A stretch of DNA of 64,000 nucleotides from Sminthopsis crassicaudata (GCF_048593235.1 NC_133619.1:396132454-396196453); one strand, 5' to 3'. Positions 13,371 through 26,028 are shown, numbered from the stretch's first letter. A program made the numbers and translations. Notes: generated from the letters alone by a model not told the origin.

Positions 13371-15299
13371 ATCAATGATCCTTTGCTGGCAAAGGAGACT
13401 CAAAGAAGATTTAGGAGTAACCAGACAATAAGGACCCTGAATTTTACTTTATTTCTGGCTAGAAATTAAGTCCTCTCAGGCTGCTGGACAGATGGCTTTT
13501 TAAAAAATTATCAGCTCAAAGGGCATGACAGATTCCCATAGCCAATCACTAGGTTTTTCCTTTTGGGGTTTAGGAGGAGATCATAGCTATCACCTCACCA
13601 CTGGGTAGAATGTGTAGTCCCTTCCAGTCTCTTGAACAATCTCTATTCCCTCTAGATCCTCCCCTCTGGTTGAGAAAATATTATCTTTAAAGCCTACTCA
13701 ATGAAGGGTTTCAAATATGGTTCTCTTCTCAGATATGGTTCTCTTCTCCAGGAGCCTACAATCTAGTTAGGAACAACATAAGAACAATAAAACTTCTACT
13801 TTTTTATGACTCTTAAGTGCTGAGATATTTGCCCATTAACACGGATGACAGAGGCTGCATTTGAGCCCAGGTGCCCTGTGCTTTTTCCACCAGCCCTGCC
13901 TGCCCCCTAGAAGAGATGTTACCTGTAGTTCAAAGAAAAGAAGGACCTGTGGCCACCAAAATAGTCGGAGGTGCTTTCTGGATTTCTGCAAGTGGGACTT
14001 GAGTTAGGCTTTGATGTGTTCACTTCGCTCGATAAGAGGGCCAGAATATAGAAACGTAGCTCTCTCAACGCTGCCTTAGAAACAACAAGCTTCCCCCAGC
14101 CAGGGCTACCCTTCCAACTCTTAACTACTCCCTCAGGCCAAAAATCTGTAGTCTACTCCCTAAATCTCCAGTCCTCTAAATCCCTGGGGATTAGGGAAGT
14201 AAACCGGAGAAACTCTGGCTGTTTTAACTTCCCAAGGAGAGGAACAGTAGGGCCTGCAGTCGATCTCAGTGTAGCCTGCGTCCCCACCCCCTTAGGCCCC
14301 CTGGGGCTAGTACAGCCTAGGCTCAACCTAGATCAGCCCGGTCCTGCTCTCCAACCTCTCAGACCGCATAGTTTACTCGGGTTTGGGTCACTCCCCAGAC
14401 TTGTAACTGGATTTATGGGTTGGGGGAGGGGGCAAGAATAAAGGAAAAGGAAGATGTTAACCCCTTTTCCTCCCTCCTCCAAGAGAAAGGGCTGAGTGCC
14501 TACTTCTTTTCCGTGTTTTTTAGGGAGGGATTATTAGAGGAAATGAATAATCTAAGAAACGTTTCACCGGGGACTTCGTTCTGCACACTCCCTGTCTCCC
14601 CCCCCCCAATTTCCTGGCAGGTAGTGAATACAATCCTATCTATTAATGGAGTTAAATCCACACCAGAATCACTATCGCTGGCTGTGGGGTCGCAATGCCC
14701 CCTTCTCTGCTTGTTGGGTTTCAGGCGTCAGAATCTTCTGAGAGTTGTTATTGATGTTCCCATGGCATGGATCCCATCACTATCCCAACTACCTAGTCCA
14801 TCCGAGTTCCATAAAGCAAGAGGTGTTCCTACGGAAGAATACAGGCAGACTTCAGGAGTTAGTTCAGAAGCTGAATCCACACCAAAATCCTTCCAACTCC
14901 ACCCTCCAAAACAGATCCCTTCCAGGGCCCGACACCTGGAAACGGCGTTCGTTCGAAGGTACACGCTCTATATATAGCTAGAACAGGGAAGTCGTTCAAT
15001 AAGCCTCCTCCTGCGCCCCCCACCCCACGTCCTCCCGCTTTCTACCCCCTCCTTTCCACTTGGCCAGGATCCCTCCTACCCAACTCCACTACCCCAGCGG
15101 TGGGACGCCCCTCCCCCACCCCACTCCGGCCCAGAAGGGGGAGGGACGTGGAGGAGTGACGGGGTGCGGGGACTAGTGGATGGAAGGCTGAGCAGAAATT
15201 TACTAGCGCCCTGGCTTCCTCTGGGTCAGCGAACCCCCCCTCTCCCCGAGATGTGACCTCCTATACCAGAGGAAGGGGAAGGGGACCGGGGGAGCAGAA

Positions 15300-16520
15300 G
15301 GCAGCTCAGGGGCTTGTACAGATCCTGGCCGCTGTGCTTGGGGATACGAGGCGTGCGCATCCCACCCCCCACTTATCCCAGATAGGAAGGCAGTGATGTG
15401 GTCCTGCCTCCTCAGAACCCCCGGCCTCCGCCCCGTGCGGGCGGCCTCCCCCGGGCTCTCGCCTCCGCCGACGCCCCTCCCGGTCGGGTGCGGCCCCTTT
15501 AAGGCGCGGCGGGGGCGGGGCATCGGCGGTGTTGTCAGTGTCAGCTCTGCGCACGCAACCCTCCCCGCGCCGGCCCGAGCCCCCGGAGCCCCCCGAGCGG
15601 AGCCCGAGGCAGCTCCGGCAGAGCCAGTGCGGCGAGCGGGAGGCGAGCAGCGGGCGAGAAGCCGGCAGGCCGGAGGTGGGAAGGCGGAGAGAGAGAGAGC
15701 GCGAACCCGGGCTGAGCCGTGGGCGCCTACCCGCGATGTGACCGGGCGAGGCGAGAGAACCCGGCGCCAGCGAGAGCGAGCCCGGCGTCCGGGCCCCCAT
15801 CCGGCTGCCCCGCAACCCTAACAAGTCCCGAGCTCCGCGCGCTGCTGAGCCCGCTCCCGCCCCCGCTCCCCGCCCGCAGAACTGCCCGGCCATGCTCCCC
15901 CGGGGCGGCTGCTGAGCCGGAGCCGGAGCCGGGGCGCCGCGCGGAGCATGGAGCTGGGCTGGGGGCGCTGGGACGTGGGCTGGGCGGTTCTGCTGCTCCT
16001 CTTCGCCGCCTCGCTGCTCACCGTGTCCGGCTGGCTACTGCAGTACGCCCGGGGAGTGTGGCTGGGGCGGGCGCGCCGGGCCGGGGGGCCGGGGCCGGGA
16101 CTCGGGGGGGCCGAGCCGGGGGGGTCACTACGAGAGCTGGGCGTGTGGCGCTCCCTGTTGCGCCTGCGGTCCCACCGCGCCGGCGTCCCGGAGGAGCCGG
16201 GTGTCCGGGGCCTCCTGGCCTCGCTCTTCGCCTTCAAGTCTTTCCGGGAGAACTGGCAGCGCGCTTGGGTGCGAGCGCTTAACCAGCAGGCCTGCAGGGA
16301 TGGGGTAAGTTGGAGGGTTCGGGGGCTCGGCTCCACTCTCCGGCCCGGAGCAGCGGCGCTGTTCAGGTGCACGGAAGGGGTCCGCGCGCGTCTGTGGGAC
16401 GCCTCGGCTTTCCCCCATCCCACGGCGGAGAAAGTGCTGTGGGGAAGGTGAGGCTGGAGGATCGGTATCTGCCCCCAATTCCAGTCCCCGGGGGCGGGGA
16501 ACCCTAGTGCTCCAAAAGCG
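15300..16520 (+). promoter_or_regulatory. CpG island / C2CD2L promoter and 5' UTR
   Basis: Very GC- and CpG-rich, with GC boxes and a TATA-like CCCCTTTAAG at 15494-15503, running into coding exon 1. Confidence 0.85.
15948..16304 (+). CDS. C2CD2L: C2CD2L (TMEM24, ER-plasma membrane phospholipid transfer protein) coding exon 1
   Basis: [36 protein letters not shown]...[17 protein letters not shown], with an N-terminal TM anchor. Donor GTAAGT at 16305. The 14 exons join to 2136 nt (711 aa plus stop). Confidence 0.96.
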
Positions 16521-18401
16521 GCGGAGAAGTTGCTGTTCTCATAGCAACGCTAATCCTGGTGTGGAGGGAGCTGCTTCTCCACCTGGAGCGGTGGCTGTGG
16601 TGCTGGTGGGGGGGTGGGGAATGGGGGCAGGGACGCGGGCTGGATAGGAAGCTCGGAGCGACCTTAGGAACCTACCTGGCCGCCCCTGGCAGGCAGTGCC
16701 CAGGTCCCAAGTCCCCGACCTTCCCTCCAAATCCCCGGACTGCTGCTTCCTGCCAGCCTCGGCTCGGTCCCTGTGTCTGCCTCCGTGTAGATAGTGGGAC
16801 AGGAATGGAGGGGAGTTACTCGTTAGAGACACTCGGAGCCCACCGGAGCTGACCCCCAGGGGTCAATCAGAGACTCCAACCCGGCCAGGGATCAGTTCAC
16901 TTCCCACGATTGCACCAAGGGACGGCTGATCACTAAGGAAGTGGGGCAGAAAAGCATTTGTCACGAGATGGGTGGAAGGGGCTGGACTTCCCTTCCTGGA
17001 GCCCCCTACCAGCCCAACCCAAACATTTGACACCCCCCCTTTCCTCTCCATCCCGCTCAGTTCCTGGAAGAGATTCCTCAGTAAACTAGGGATCCTGATG
17101 TCAGCTTCCAGTTTCCCTAATAGGTCTGAAGACTTAGCAACTGAAGAGTCTTGTTCTGTTTCCCTCCTGTGCCCTCTAGGGTCCAGATGGCACTTGTCAG
17201 TGCAGACCTTGACCTCTCCCCCCTGTGCCCAGCTCTGTGTACCTTGTCCTCAGGTGAACAGTGCTTTCTCTAAGGTTGCCAACTCAGATGGACATTGGAC
17301 TCCCCTAGGTGTGGGGAGAATGGATCCTGAACAGCATCATTCACCTCTGGGACCCCCAGAGGTCCTGGGTCTGAGCCAGGAATTGGGGGGAAGCTGCTGG
17401 ATCAGAAGCACTTACTGACTTGTTTTGCCAAGCAAATGTGCTCTGGGGACTTTCTCCCATTGCCAATAAGTCTTAGGGAAGGAGCCAACCTGAGCCCCTC
17501 CCCCCAGCCAGTAAGCTCTTCCTGGCCTATCCCCCTTGTTGAACCCCGGCTGAGCCCACTGTCTGTAGTGGCTCTATCCTGCTCCTGCTGAGCTCTGGGT
17601 GATTTAGGTGGCGGCTCTTCCCAGGTTTCAGCTAAGGAGCTTTTATCTTAATCTCACCCTGGGGGAAGAATTAGTATCCCGGGCCCCTCAGGGCTTTGAA
17701 CCCTTGTTCTGGTTCTTCTCCTGTCCTGTCTTCCTCCTGAGCCCTGCCTAGCTCAGTAGATGCCCATCTTGAGACAAGACTGTATTCTTAAAACCTCTTT
17801 ATTTCTGACACTTAGTTTCTCTCCTCTCTTCCACTTGCCTATCCATTTAAAAAAAAAAAAAAAATTACAACTCCACCCCCATGTGTCAGCCTGAAACATT
17901 CCACCCAATAGATTTCTATCCTCAGTACAAGCCCTAGGCTGCAACCACTCCTTCCCCAGCACTTCAGTCTTTAGAAATAATGTTTGTAAACTTTAAAGCA
18001 ATCGGTAATTATGAATTGTTGTCATTGTTATTACATACTTCTCTTTCCCTGGGTTTGATTATTTTTTAAAGAGGATAATCATAGCCTTTGCTGGGAGTGG
18101 GGAGGAGAAAAAAATGTATTTTTGGAAAAACAGGTGCTTCTGTCTTCTGTGCCCTGGGCTCTCCGGCCTCTTTTTGCAGAGATAACATCAACCAGGCCCT
18201 CTGGTGAGGAGGGCTTTTTAGAAAGGGGGAACCCCCTGTACTAAGGTCTTTTGGTCCAGGGGGAGGCCAGGAGCCAAGCCTGCAGCTGAAGTGACTGCAG
18301 CTTCCAGGAACCTAGCCAGATGGAAACAGACCAATTCTGATGGGGGTAGGGTCAACTCCAGGAAGCCTGACCCTCCTCTCAAACTCCATTTCTTTTTCTA
18401 G

Positions 18402-18497
18402 AGCTCTATCCAGATCACTTTTGAAGAGATACCCCAGCTTCCACCCAATGCTTCTATCAGTCACGTGACCTGCGTGGACCAATCTGAGCACAGCATG
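18402..18497 (+). CDS. C2CD2L: C2CD2L exon 2
   Basis: [35 protein letters not shown] acceptor, GTGAG donor, 96 nt. Confidence 0.95.
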
Positions 18498-19137
18498 GTG
18501 AGGGGTGGGATAGTGCTTGGATGGGTCATAGCCAACTCTGGATCCATAGGGTAAAAAAGTCCTATCAATTTTCTATACCTTTTCTTTTATTCCTTTTACC
18601 TGTTGAATTCCAGCCCAACTCACATCCTACCTCCTCCAGGAAGCCTTTCATAAACATCCCTCTTTTTTTGGGGGGGGGGGGTGGAGTGAGGCATTGGTGA
18701 CTTGCCTAAAGTCATACAGCTGAGTGTTAAGTATCTGAGTTCAGATTTGAACTCAGGGCCTCCTGGTTCCAGCTGGTGTTCCATCCATTTCAGTCCCTCA
18801 ATGTCCTTCTTCCCCTCTACCCCCCTTCTAACATCTCACTGTTTTTGTCTCTAATGGGATGAGGACAATCATGGATATTATTGTTATCAGTGGGTGTGCC
18901 CTATCTCTCCACTACTTTTCCAGAGCAGAGACCATGACTTAGCTAAACTCCATCCCCCAGTGCCTAGAACAGCTGTGTGCTTGAAGTAACTCTTGTGGCA
19001 GAGTTCTGGGGTTTCCTTTAGTTCCCCAGTGATCTGCAATAGGGAGGGGAGGGGAAGGATCTGTGTTGAAATGTGTGCCCAGATAGAGAAGCTAGAGAAG
19101 AGCCTTTGCTTCTCTTTCCTCCCTATGCCTGCCTTAG

Positions 19138-19257
19138 GTTCTTCATTGCCAGCTTTCAGCCGAGGAAGTTCAGTTCCCAGTCTCTGTGACCCAGCAGTCT
19201 CCAGCTGCTGTCTCCATGGAGACCTACCACATCACCCTGACACTTCTTCCAGCCCAG
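19138..19257 (+). CDS. C2CD2L: C2CD2L exon 3
   Basis: [40 protein letters not shown]. 120 nt. Confidence 0.95.
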
Positions 19258-19447
19258 GTAAAGGGGAAAGGGGGGAAACTGGGGACTAGGGGTAAGGAGA
19301 GGAGGATGAGGTTGCCTCAAGTTTTGAGGTTTAATCAGAACATCCTTTTGGGAATGGAGACCAGGAAGATGATTTGAAGAGAAGTGATAAAAGATGGGCA
19401 AGCATGAGACCCATGTATCTCCTCTACCCTCCCCATCCCGTCTCTAG

Positions 19448-19558
19448 CTGGAGGTCAACCTGGAAGAAATAGCCAATGAGGGGTTGCTGATATCCTGGGC
19501 CTTCAAGAATGGTCCTGAGCTAAACATGACAGTTTGTCCCAAGCTGCAGGGGAAAGAG
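19448..19558 (+). CDS. C2CD2L: C2CD2L exon 4
   Basis: [37 protein letters not shown]. 111 nt, GTGAGT donor. Confidence 0.95.
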
Positions 19559-19780
19559 GTGAGTAGATTGAGTGTGTGTGTATGTGTAAAACAGTTAAAA
19601 GTGGCGGAGAGTAGTTGGAGCAAGTTAGGAATACACTGAGTAAGATAGGAGATGGAATAGGTTCGGAAAACCTGAAGGATTAGATGAGAGGGGACTAAGG
19701 GAAAATGGATCAGGGAGAGAAGGGGGATTAGGAGGTAATTGAAGACAAATTCAGTGCAAAATCAGGGATAGCTAAGGGAG

Positions 19781-19995
19781 AAGGCAGCTAAGTGATACAG
19801 CTAGGATAGCATGCTGGACCTGGAATCACTAAGATATGAATTCAAATTCTAGATATGTGACCCTGGACAGGTCACTTCACCCTGTTTGCCTAAGTTTCAT
19901 CATCTGTAAATGATCTGGAAAAGGAAATTTCAAACCACTCTAGTGTTTTTTCCAAAAAAACCCCAAATGGGTCATGTCAGACATGGCTGAACAAA
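19781..19995 (+). mobile_element. Mar1-type CORE-SINE
   Basis: GGCAGCTAAGTG head, CORE (GTCACTTCACCCTGTTTGCCT), RTE-like tail (CACTCTAGTG..CCAAAAAAACCCCAAATGGGTCAT..GGCTGAACAA). Confidence 0.75.
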
Positions 19996-20077
19996 GGGGA
20001 GAAGGCTAGGAGGCTGTGATTCTTCTCCCTCTCTTTGCCCACTTCCTCTCCTCACTCTCTCTTTACTATCCTTGCAG

Positions 20078-20194
20078 AGAAGTGAGGAACAGGTGGATCC
20101 ATCTACTATTGAGGAGTTGATTAAGGATACCATTGTCAGTACAAAGCCTGCCATGATGGTGAATCTCAGGGCTTGTCCAGCTCCAGGGGGCATG
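20078..20194 (+). CDS. C2CD2L: C2CD2L exon 5
   Basis: [39 protein letters not shown]. 117 nt. Confidence 0.95.
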
Positions 20195-20294
20195 GTGAGT
20201 AGACACCTGAGGAGATTAGGGCTGAAATCATGGGTCATATTCCATAATCTATCCTTCTGGGGACTTGTAATGCTCTTTTTCCACCTGTCCTTAG

Positions 20295-20418
20295 GTATCC
20301 TTTGAGAAGCCAACCACAGGGCCTCCAGTTCAACCAGCTGCCCCCAAACCCATTCGGCTTCTGTTACGGCAGTTAAGAGCAACCCATGTGGGTGGTGAGA
20401 CAGGAGACGAGACAGGAG
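20295..20418 (+). CDS. C2CD2L: C2CD2L exon 6
   Basis: [41 protein letters not shown]. Donor GTGAGC at 20419. A same-phase donor GTGAGA at 20395 is also possible. Confidence 0.88.
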
Positions 20419-20691
20419 GTGAGCAATTGGAGTGGGGAGGGGTTGGGGGCAGCTGAGATTCTGGTGGTATATTTTTAAACCTTCATGATTCATAGACTTA
20501 TGCTCTTTGTAGTATGGTTGAAATATTTGGAGTTAGGGGGCTCTGATTCTAGCTTGTATTTTTATTTTTTGCTGTTTTGTGCAAGTCATTTCTTCACACA
20601 TATAATGAGATTAGACCTGATAATCCCTAAGGTCCTTTTCAGCTCTAAATGATTTTTGACTCTGACTTTTTGACCTCTGGTTGCCTTTCAG

Positions 20692-20800
20692 GAAATGGGG
20701 AGCTATGCTGTGTGGCAGAGCTGGACAGCCCTCAGCAGCAGAAGTGGACTAAGCCAGTGCAAGCTGCTCCGGAGGTTGAATGGATGGAAGAACTGTCTCT
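20692..20800 (+). CDS. C2CD2L: C2CD2L exon 7 (C2 domain)
   Basis: [36 protein letters not shown]. 109 nt. Confidence 0.95.
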
Positions 20801-21012
20801 GTAAGGAATCTAACTCTCCTTCTCCCCTATGATACTGATATTGTCCTGGCATACTGAAGCTGCCTCCAGCAGATGACCCTGTTCAACAGCCCTTAACTTA
20901 ATGGGACTCTGGGACAGTGATGGCCACAAGACAGGGAGGGGGAGGGTTGCCTTGGACAATACAGCTTTCCCCTCCATCAGTAACCTTCTGTTGCCCTCTC
21001 ATTGGTCCACAG

Positions 21013-21077
21013 GGAAATAGGTCCCCAGAGCCGGGAGCTGACACTGAAGGTGCTGAGGAGCAGCAGTGCTGGAGACA
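21013..21077 (+). CDS. C2CD2L: C2CD2L exon 8
   Basis: EIGPQSRELTLKVLRSSSAGD. 65 nt. Confidence 0.95.
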
Positions 21078-21166
21078 GTGAGTGTGCACAGGGAGGATAG
21101 CTTAGGAGTGGGTGGTCTTGGGGTGGGCATCACTTAACCAACTACCCCTCACTTGCTATGTTGCAG

Positions 21167-21294
21167 GTGTCCTTTTGGGCCACGCCACCCTGCCCGTGGG
21201 CTCCCCGTCCAGACAGTCATCCAGAAGGCAGCTGTGTCCCCTGACTCCTGGGCCAGCAAAGGCCTTGGGACCAGTTGCCACTTTAGCATTAGAG
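21167..21294 (+). CDS. C2CD2L: C2CD2L exon 9
   Basis: [42 protein letters not shown]. 128 nt. Confidence 0.95.
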
Positions 21295-21396
21295 GTAAGA
21301 ACAGTTTCTTCATGGCGGGGAGGTGCCATACATCTGGGAGGACATCGGGGGCATCATGGCACCCAGATATTGATTTTGTGTCCTTTTTCCTGGTAG

Positions 21397-21636
<240 letters not shown>

Positions 21637-22039
21637 TGAAGCTAGTCTTGGAGAGGAGGAACAGAAGGAAGCCCCCAGACCCTGAATGCCACGGTGGATT
21701 CCCGACTCATTCTCTGGGCACACAGTATCCAGTCCTTTCTGTGTTCCCTTTTCCCTTTACTCCTGATCTGTCTCCTTTCTTCTTCTCCTTACAGTAGTTT
21801 CCTCCAGTCCCTTCACCCGGGCTTTTTCTTCAGACTCATTTGCCTGCCTGTCTCAACTTCTGGGTCTCCTTGGGGGCTGTTCTTACACCAGTGGGTTTTA
21901 TGTCTCTTCCTCCTTCCCTACCACCTGCATCTCCTTCTGTCCCTAAGCTCCTTGGTAGCTTAGTTTGGATCTACTTAGAAGTATTGGGGGGGGTTTGGAA
22001 GTGCTCCCAACTCACTGATCTTTCTCCTTATATCCATAG

Positions 22040-22141
22040 ACTCTCCCTCTCGCTCCCCCTCGAAGGTGGAGGTAACGGAGAAAACAACAACTGTGCTGAG
22101 TGAGAGCAGTGTCCCCAGCAGTGCCTCCCCCAGCAGCAGCC
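22040..22141 (+). CDS. C2CD2L: C2CD2L exon 11
   Basis: [34 protein letters not shown]. 102 nt. Confidence 0.95.
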
Positions 22142-22309
22142 GTGAGTGTGGGGGGGAAGGGTGGCACAGTGACCAGAGTGGGGGGCTGCAGTGCCACAGA
22201 ATGATGCCAATACCCTGGCATCAGACAGCAAAGAAATTGGAAGCTGGGCTGGGAGAGGATTCTGGTGCCTGACAACATGGAGCATTGATAAGTATATCCT
22301 GTTTGGCAG

Positions 22310-22443
22310 GGGATAGCCACCTCTCCAATGGCCTGGACCCCGTAGCAGAAACGGCAATCCGGCAGCTGACGGAACCCAGTGGAAGGCCAGCTAAGAAGAC
22401 CCCCACCAAGCGTAGTACCCTCATAATCTCTGGTGTATCCAAG
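22310..22443 (+). CDS. C2CD2L: C2CD2L exon 12
   Basis: [45 protein letters not shown]. 134 nt. Confidence 0.95.
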
Positions 22444-22881
22444 GTAAAGAGACTAGTGGGCATGGCTGTCCCTGAAACACAAGGCACCATCCTCTATCTC
22501 CATCCATGTATTTGTACTGGCTGTGGCTGTGAAGACTTTTCCAATCCCCAACTCAGAATCTCTGGTTTCCTTTAAAACTCATGTCAAGTAGCACATCTCC
22601 TAGGAGGCCCTTCTTGGTCAAACTCTCATCCCATCCCCAGTTGCCAGGGCCATCCCATATAAAATTACTTCTCTCTACTTTGAATTTATCTTGTAGATTC
22701 TGATTTATGTATGTTGTTGTTCTCCTTATTAGAACGTAAGCTCCTATTTTTGCCTTTCTTCCTATCTCCAATACTTAGCATGGTGCTTGGCCTACAGAGA
22801 AATTGCCTAATAATTTTTTTATTTATTAGCTTACTGGCAGGGTGTCCTGCCAGTCCTTAGCTGCCTGTTTCCCCTGCCCAG

Positions 22882-23167
22882 GTTCCCATTGCCCAAGATG
22901 AGTTGGCATTGTCCTTGGGTTATGCAGCCTCCCTGGAGGCGTCCATGCAGAATGAGGCAGAGAGCAGTGGGGCCTTGTCTTCACCTCCCTTGGACCCCCC
23001 AGCCATGTCCCCTGGACCTCTGGAAGCCCTGGCCAGTCCAGCAGGCACTCAGGAGACAGATGAGACGACACGCTCAGACATTTCAGAGCGGCCTTCTGTG
23101 GATGACATAGAATCAGAAACCGGTTCTACAGGAGCCTTGGAGACCCGAAGCCTCAAGGACCACAAAG
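22882..23167 (+). CDS. C2CD2L: C2CD2L exon 13
   Basis: [23 protein letters not shown]...[36 protein letters not shown]. 286 nt. Confidence 0.95.
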
Positions 23168-24979
23168 GTGAGGAGGGGAGAGAACGGCTCTCCCAGAATT
23201 TTGATGCTCAATGTCCGGGGCCCAGATTGCTCCCTGGACTCTAGAACATAGCTGATCCCATTCTTTGGGCTTGTTTTCCACGCCTCCCCACAGGTTCACG
23301 GCTACCCTTTGATCTTAGTTCTCTCTGCACCAGTTTGCCTTCTCTAGGTTTCACCCAGTTTTGCTCTCTGTCTCACCCCCACTTTGTCCTTCAGTCAGGC
23401 TTCTCCCATAGCCCTCTGTCCTTTCAGATATCAGACTTGCCTCATTGGGTGAGTGCCTCCAGTGCTTGTGACACAGCTTGTGGAAGTGAATGATTGTCTT
23501 TGTCCTGAGCCTTGAGGCACAGGGGCTTACCGAGGGCATCCTGTCTCCCCTTCTCTGCTCATCCATTCTCTATACCTGTTGTCTAGCTGTAACCTTCTGT
23601 GAATTCACCTAAGCCTTTCAGGAACCTCTTCACATGTTTAACCTCTACTCCAGCTTGGGATAATGAGTTCTTTAAGTTGATTGTTTCCTGTGTCAAGTAG
23701 GGCTTCCTTGTGTTGGTCGTGAATTACCTCTTTTCAAGCTTTAAGAGACTCCTACCTAAGTCAACAAACAGTTCAACAAACATTAAGTACTTAAGATGTA
23801 TAGAGTACTCTACTAGGTGCTTGAAGTCCAACATGGACCCTGCCCTGACATATATTCTACTAATGGGGGCACATAACACATGAAAGCTGAAAATCATTAC
23901 AATCCAGAATGAAGAAAACCACAGAAAGAAAATACTGTGAGAAAACTTGAGAAAGGTAAAATTTTAATCTTCTTGATGGCAAGGACCATGGTGTTCTATT
24001 TATCTTTGTAACTGTCATAGGGACCATGAGATACACAGACTAGGGGACCATAAAAAGTTTTTTCCCATTCAACATAATTGTGGAAAGCTTCACAGAGGAG
24101 GTGACTTGTGGTCTAGGCCTAAAAGAATGGTTGGGGTGGAGATGGAAAAAGAATGAATATTTACTTATTGATGGAGTCTGTGTGCAGGCACTATGCTAGG
24201 CACTTGATCTTCATAACAGCCAAGGAAGGTAGGTGCTATTGCTACATATTTTACATATAATAATGATAGTGCCTAATTATGTGCCGGGCACTTTGCTAAG
24301 CATTTTTTTGGCACTTATTATTTTATTTGATCCTCACAACAACCCTGGGATGTAAGTTCTATTATTATCCCATTCTTTCACAGTGAGGAAACTGATGTAC
24401 AGAGGTGAAATGACTTCCCCAGAGTCGCACAGATATTAAGGCCATATATGTTTATTAAGTGATTACTATAATGCTTCTAGAGAAGTTGCCCTCTACTCTT
24501 GTAGCATAAGTGTATTCGCTAATAAGCACTAACATGACCTAAAGCAGAGGAGTGTGATGGAAACCAGGACAAAACACTTTACCTCACAGACATTGGGGAG
24601 CCACAGAATGATTTTGAACAGTGTCATGGCCTGTTCTTGGGATGTCACCCATCCTCCCGTCCCCCTTTGTCAACCTCCATCTTTTTAGCCTGAAGAGCTC
24701 ATGCTCCTACACTGACTGCCTCCTGAGCTGCAGGGTTTGAAGCTGCAGACAGGATTCTATATTTTCCCTGCCTTTGTGTTCAGGAAGGATGTTTTTTTGC
24801 TGCTTCTAGTTAGTTCCACCCTGGGGTCTACCCAGGACCTTCTGGGCCACAGCTCTACATTGTAAACATCTTTTGGATAGGACTTCTCCCCCATTTTACC
24901 CATCCTCCCCCCAAACTTATGTACTAGTTTGTTTCTAGTCTACTTGGATCTCAATCTTCTCTCTGCCCCATCTCCACAG

Positions 24980-25191
24980 TGAGTTTCCTTCGAAGTGGGA
25001 CGAAGCTGATCTTCCGCCGGCGACCACGACAGAAGGAGGCAGGACTGAGCCAGTCACACGATGACCTCTCCAATGCAGCTGCCGTGCCCAGTGTCCGAAA
25101 GAAGGCTGGCAGTTTCTCCCGGCGCCTCATTAAGCGATTTTCCTTTAAATCCAAACCCAAGGCCAATGGTAGCCCCAGTCCCCAGCTTTGA
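24980..25191 (+). CDS. C2CD2L: C2CD2L exon 14 (polybasic C-terminus, stop)
   Basis: [70 protein letters not shown], then TGA at 25189-25191. Confidence 0.97.
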
Positions 25192-26028
25192 GCGTCTCCC
25201 AACTACCACAGGACCAGGAAGGGGCTGAGATTTCAGCCCTGCCCTCCCCCAACCATACCCCCTACCAGCCCCATGGCAATCTGGGCTGGGGGCAGTCTTC
25301 TGGATGTTGGGAACCCCTACCAGCCTTAGGCTTTGGGGCCAGCCCACAATGAGGGCTAACAGTGTCAGACATCCCATTCTGAGAACCGGGAAGAGGGTAG
25401 TTAAGGGCAGGGAACATGCAGGAAGACTCTGTCCTGGTACACATGGGCCGAACCCAGAACTTGGTGCCTACTGATAATATTGTCCCCTCATAGAAATCCC
25501 AGGATGCCCAGCCCCCCAAAGCTTCCCTCTCTCCCTTTATTTATTCTATTTATACATGTGGTCTCTGACCCTCAGTGGGCTGGGGGTTGGGTGAGTGGAC
25601 AAAAGAGGGCCTGGTTCCCAGGTGCCCTTTCTTTCATGCCCCAGGATAGGGCATTTTCCTTTGGCCTGGAGTACCTAGGCATCAGATCATCACTTAGACC
25701 AGCACCAATGTCTGCCCTATGGTACGTTGGCAACTCATAGGAAGCCGGGCCGGTGCCCGGGATGGGGGGCAGGTATTTCCCCCCTCCCTAACACCCCCAA
25801 ATCCCTCCCTCCCTCTTTATTACTGTTTTTGTACTTGATGCCTTCTCCATAGGCAGAAGGAAGGAGCCAGGGGCCAGGCGGGAACTTTCCCCAGGCCAGT
25901 ATCGGCCATAACTGGCTTTTATTTAAGGAATGTGTGATGAAGGAGGAAGCGTTAACTCTGCACCTTTGTGAATTTCAGGAGACAATGATTTCCATTGCTG
26001 TGTGATGGCCTGGAACTTAACTTATTGA

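Noticed and set aside
14420-14981. 185-aa and 78-aa ORFs with two good plus-strand acceptors (14620, 14724) upstream of C2CD2L
   Set aside because: No recognisable domain, the acceptors do not lead into a coherent multi-exon frame, and retained CpGs are explained by the CpG-island shore. It may be worth a conservation check, but it is unsupported as a gene.
15203-16478. Many overlapping 100-200 aa ORFs on both strands
   Set aside because: CpG-island artefacts. Only the frame starting at 15948 matches a known protein.
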